Of a DNA stretch of 64,000 nt, positions 60,171-64,000 are shown one piece after another. Position numbers and translations under genes: made by a program. Under the pieces are notes generated by a model. The model had not been told where the DNA came from. It did no database searches and was given only the letters and a program-made list of their open reading frames with translations. Origin of the DNA: the human T2T-CHM13v2.0 reference genome, Homo sapiens; the NCBI RefSeq assembly GCF_009914755.1, contig NC_060933.1. One strand, 5' to 3'. The first letter of the stretch is position 1. Each line of letters begins with the position of its first letter.

Positions 60171-61020
60171 TGGAACAACCCGAATGGAACGGAATGTAAT
60201 GGAGAGTAAGGGAGTTGAATAGAATCAATCCGAATGTAATGGAATGGAATGCAACGGAATGGAATGGAATGGAAAGGAATGGAATGCAATGGAATGGAAT
60301 CAACCCGAGTACAATGGAATGGAATGGAATGGAATGGAATGGAATGGAATGGAATGGAATGGAATGCCTTAAATCCGAATGGAATGGAAAGGAATGGAAT
60401 CAACACGAGTGGAATGGAATGGAATGGAATGGAATGGAATGGAATGATACGGAATAGAATGGAATGGAACGAAGTGGAATGGAATGGAATGGAATGGAAT
60501 GGAATGGAATGGAATCGTTCCGAGTGGAATAGGAGGGAATGTATTCGAGTGGAATGGAAAGGAATGGAATCAACCAGAGTGGAATGGAAGGGAATGGAAT
60601 GGAATGGAAACTAATAGAATGGAATCAACCCGAGTGGAATGGAATGGAAAGGACTGGAATGGAATGGAATGGAATGGAATGGAATGGAATGGAATCAACT
60701 CGATTGTAATGGAATGGAATGGAATGGAATGGAATGGAATGGAATGGAATGGAATGGAATCGTTCCGAGTGGAATAGGAGGGAATGTATTCGAGTGGAAT
60801 GGAAAGGAATGGAATCAACCAGACTGGAATGGAAGGGAATGGAATGGAATGGAAACTAATAGAATGTAATCAACTCGATTGTAATGGAATGGAATGGAAA
60901 GGAATGGAATGGAAGGAATTAAGCCGAATACAATGGAATGGAATGGAATGGAACGGAATGGAGTGGAATGGAATGGAATCAACCCGAGTGCAGGGGAATG
61001 GAGTGGAATGGAATGCAATG
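59710..61020 (+). repeat. Direct repeat of 42830-43950 flanking the HOR array
   Basis: Rare variants shared only by these two places: GCCTTAAATCCG (43473/60366), CCAGACTGG (43677/60819) and GGAAGGAATTAA (43823/60911). Confidence 0.85.
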
Positions 61021-61309
61021 GAATGGAACAACCCGAATGGAATGGAATGGAATGGAAACTACCCGAAATGAATGGAATGTAATGGAGTGTATGGGAATTG
61101 AATAGAATCAATCCGAATGTAATGGAATGGAATGGAACGGAATGGAATGAAATGGAATGGAATGGAATGGAATGGAATGGAATGCAATGGAATGGAATCA
61201 ACCCGAGTGCAATTGAATGGAATCGAATGGAATGGAATGCAATGGAATGGATTCAACTTGAATGGAATGGAAAGAATGGAATCAACACGAGTAGAATAGC
61301 ATGGATTGG

Positions 61310-64000
61310 AATGGAATCAACCCGATTACAGGGGAATGGAATGGAATGGAATGGAATGCAATGGAATGGAATCTTCCGTAATGGAATGGAAAGGAATGGA
61401 ATGGAATGGAATGGAATGGAATGGAATCAACTAGATTGCAATCGAATGGAATGGAATGGAATTAACCCGAATAGAATGGAATGGAATGGAATGGAACGGA
61501 ACGGAATGGAATGGAATGGAATGGAACGGAACGGAATGGAATGGAAAGGAATGGAATGGAATGGAATGGACTGGAATGGAATCAACGCGAGTGCAGTGGA
61601 AAGGAATGGAATGGAATGCAATGGAATGGTATGTTCCGGAAAGGAATGGAATGGAATGGAATGGAATGGAATGGAATGCAATGCATTCAACTCGATTGCA
61701 ATGGAATGGAATAGAATGGAATGGAATGGAATGGAAAGGAATGGAATCAACCCGAATAGAATGGAATGGAATGGAATGGAACGGAACGGAATGGAACGGA
61801 ACGGAATGGATTGGAATGCAATGGAATGGAATGGAATGGTATGGAATGGAATGGAATGGTACGGAATAGAATGGAATGGAACGAATTGGAATGGAATGGA
61901 ATCGAATGGAATAGAATGGAATCAACCCGAGTGCAGGGGAATGTAATGGAACGGAATGCAATGGAATGGAATCATCCGGAATGGAATGGAATGGAATGGA
62001 ATGGAATCAACCCGAGTGCAATGGAATGGAGTGTAATGGAATGGAATGGAATGTAAACAACCCGAATGGAATGGAATATAATGGAGTGTAAGGGAATTGA
62101 ATGGAATCAATCCGAATGTAATGGAATGGAATGGAAAGGAATGGAATGGAATGGAATGGAATGGAATGGAATGGAATGGAATCCACCCGAGTGTAATGGA
62201 ATGGAATCGAAAGGAATGGAAAGGAATGGAATGGATTCAACTCGATTGCAATGGAATGGAATAGAATGGAATGGAATGGAATGGAATGGAATGGAATGGA
62301 ATTAACCCGAATAGAATGGAATGGAATGGAATGGAACGCAACGGAACGGAATGGAATGGAATGGATTGGAATGGAATGGAATGGAATGGAATGGTGCGGA
62401 ATAGAATGGAATGAAACGAATTGGAATGGAATGGAATCGAATGGAATGGAATGGAATGGAATGGAATCAACCCGAGTGCAGTGGAATGTAATGGAACGGA
62501 ATGCAATGGAATGGAATCATCCGCAATGGAATGGAATGGAATGGAATGGAATCAACCCGAGTGCAATGGAATGGAGTGGAATGGAATGGAATGTAAACAA
62601 CCCGAATGGAATGGAATATAATATAGTGTAAGGGAATTGAATGGAATCAATCCGAATGCAATGGAATGGAATGGAAAGGAATGGAATTGAATGGAATGGA
62701 ATGGAATGGAATCAACCCGAGTGTAATGGAATGGAATCGAAAGGAATGGAAAGGAATGGAATGGATTCAACACCAATGCAATGGAAAGGAATGGAATCAA
62801 CCCGAGTGGAATGGCATGGAATGGAATGGAAAGGAATGGAATGGAATGGTACAGAACGGAATGGATTGGAACGCAATGGAATGGAACGGAATGGAATGGA
62901 ATGGAATGGAATGGAATGGAATCAACTCGATTGCAATGGAATGGAATGGAATGGAATGGAATGGAATAGAATGGAAGGGAATTAACCCGAATAGATTGGA
63001 ATGGAATGGAATACAATCAACCCGAGTACAGGGGAATGGAATGGAATGGAATGCAATGGAATGGAATCATCCGTAAAGGAATGGAAAGGAATGGAATGGA
63101 ATGGAATGGAATAGAATGGAATGGAATGGAATGGAATCAACTCGATTGCAATAGAATGGAACGGAATGGAATTAACCCGAATAGAATGGAATGGAATGGA
63201 ATGGAACGGAACGGAACGGAACGGAACTGAATGGAATGGAATGCAATGGAATGGAATGGAATGGTATGGAATGGAATGGAATGGTACGGAATAGAATGGA
63301 ATGGAACGAATTGGAATGGAATGGAATCGAATGGAATGGAATGGAATCAACCAGAGTGCAGGGGAATGTAATGGAACGGAATGCAATGGAGTGGAATCAT
63401 CCGGAATGGAATGGAATGGAATGGAATGGAATCAATCCGAGTGCAGTGGAATGTAATGGAACGGAATGCAATGGAATGGAATCATCCGCAATGGAATGGA
63501 ATGGAATGGAATGGAATGGAATGGAATGGAATCAACCCGATTGCAATTGAATGGAGTGGAATGGAATGGAATGGAATGTAAACAACCCGAATGGAATGGA
63601 ATATAATGGAGTGTAAGGGAATTGAATGGAATCAATCCGAATGCAATGGAATGGAATGGAAAGGAATGGAATTGAATGGAATGGAATGGAATGGAATCAA
63701 CCCGAGTGTAATGGAATGGAATCGAAAGGAATGGAAAGGAATGGAATGGATTCAACACCAATGTAATGGAAAGGAATGGAATCAACCCGAGTGGAATGGC
63801 ATGGAATGGAATGGAATGGAATGGAATGGAATGGTACAGAACGGAATGGATTGGAACGAAATGGACTGGAATGGAATGGAATGGAATGGAATGGAATGGA
63901 ATGGAAGGGAATTAACCCGAATAGATTGGAATGGAATGGAATGGAATCAACCCGAGTACAGGGGAATGGAATGGAAAGAAATGCAATGGAATGGAATCAT
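61310..64000 (+). repeat. Diverged relative of 45597-48300, ending in a ~0.95-1 kb tandem duplication
   Basis: CAACCCGATTACAGGGG at 45597/61318 and GGTATGTTCCGG at 45892/61628. Internal repeat markers: CAACACCAATG 62768/63753, CATCCGCAA 62518/63483, TAACCCGAATAGATTGG 62983/63913. Confidence 0.8.

Larger units (their letters stand above)
1..64000 (+). repeat. Human Satellite 3 (HSat3/SatIII)-type array, (GGAAT)n with interspersed CAACCCGA(G/A)T decamers; human or great-ape heterochromatin
   Basis: Uninterrupted GGAAT pentamer register across the window, with pure runs up to about 13 units (e.g. 32838-32902). Runs are separated by CAACCCGAGT, CAACTCGATT, TAACCCGAAT and CAACGCGAGT decamers, which is the classical satellite 3 consensus CAACCCGA(A/G)T(GGAAT)n. 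No CATTC-strand tracts and no non-satellite sequence. Confidence 0.97.

Noticed and set aside
11387-60795. Conserved ~34-bp repeat with variable intervening sequence, superficially CRISPR-like
   Set aside because: The intervals are 0.2-17 kb of satellite rather than unique 30-40 bp spacers, and there are no cas genes or leader.
1-64000. Hundreds of overlapping ORFs (MEWNG repeats on +, IPFHS repeats on -), up to 362 aa (8058..9146) and 348 aa (29682..30728)
   Set aside because: (GGAAT)n has no stop codon in any frame and supplies ATG every 5 bp. The ORFs overlap in all frames and have no domain content. They are satellite translation artefacts.
1-64000. Assignment to Yq12 DYZ1, D15Z1, 9q12 or HSat2
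   Set aside because: No ~3.5 kb or ~1.8 kb period is seen, and long pure GGAAT runs with CAACCCGAGT decamers indicate HSat3 rather than HSat2. Chromosome and subfamily need a k-mer or alignment search that I cannot run.
1-64000. Pathogenic (TGGAA)n expansion (SCA31-like) or EWS-FLI1 GGAA microsatellite
   Set aside because: The array is tens of kb of diverged, decamer-interrupted satellite with no unique flanks. The period is 5 rather than 4, and pure runs are only about 13 units or fewer.

Overview
The whole 64 kb window is classical Human Satellite 3 (HSat3/SatIII-type) heterochromatin. It is a (GGAAT)n pentamer array with the G-rich strand on +, interrupted every few tens of bp by CAACCCGAGT-family decamers. 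I see no genes, RNA genes, transposon insertions or inversions. All listed ORFs are MEWNG/IPFHS translations of the pentamer. The array has internal architecture: domain A (1-~11.2 kb) has its own motif vocabulary and a ~7.7 kb-offset duplication; domain B (~11.9-44 kb) is a shuffled mosaic of modules; domain C is a young, homogeneous 5 x ~2.77 kb higher-order repeat (46.3-60.2 kb) nested between two copies of an older ~5.8 kb unit. The most notable signals are: ~34 perfect heat-shock elements (nGAAnnTTCnnGAAn) confined to B and C; a 14-bp perfect palindrome confined to B; ~59 pentamer-register shifts that all go the same way (-1); and a 16.3 kb stretch with no register shift. I found no protein-coding or defence-type system. 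The chromosome cannot be assigned from the sequence alone, and all counts were made by eye.
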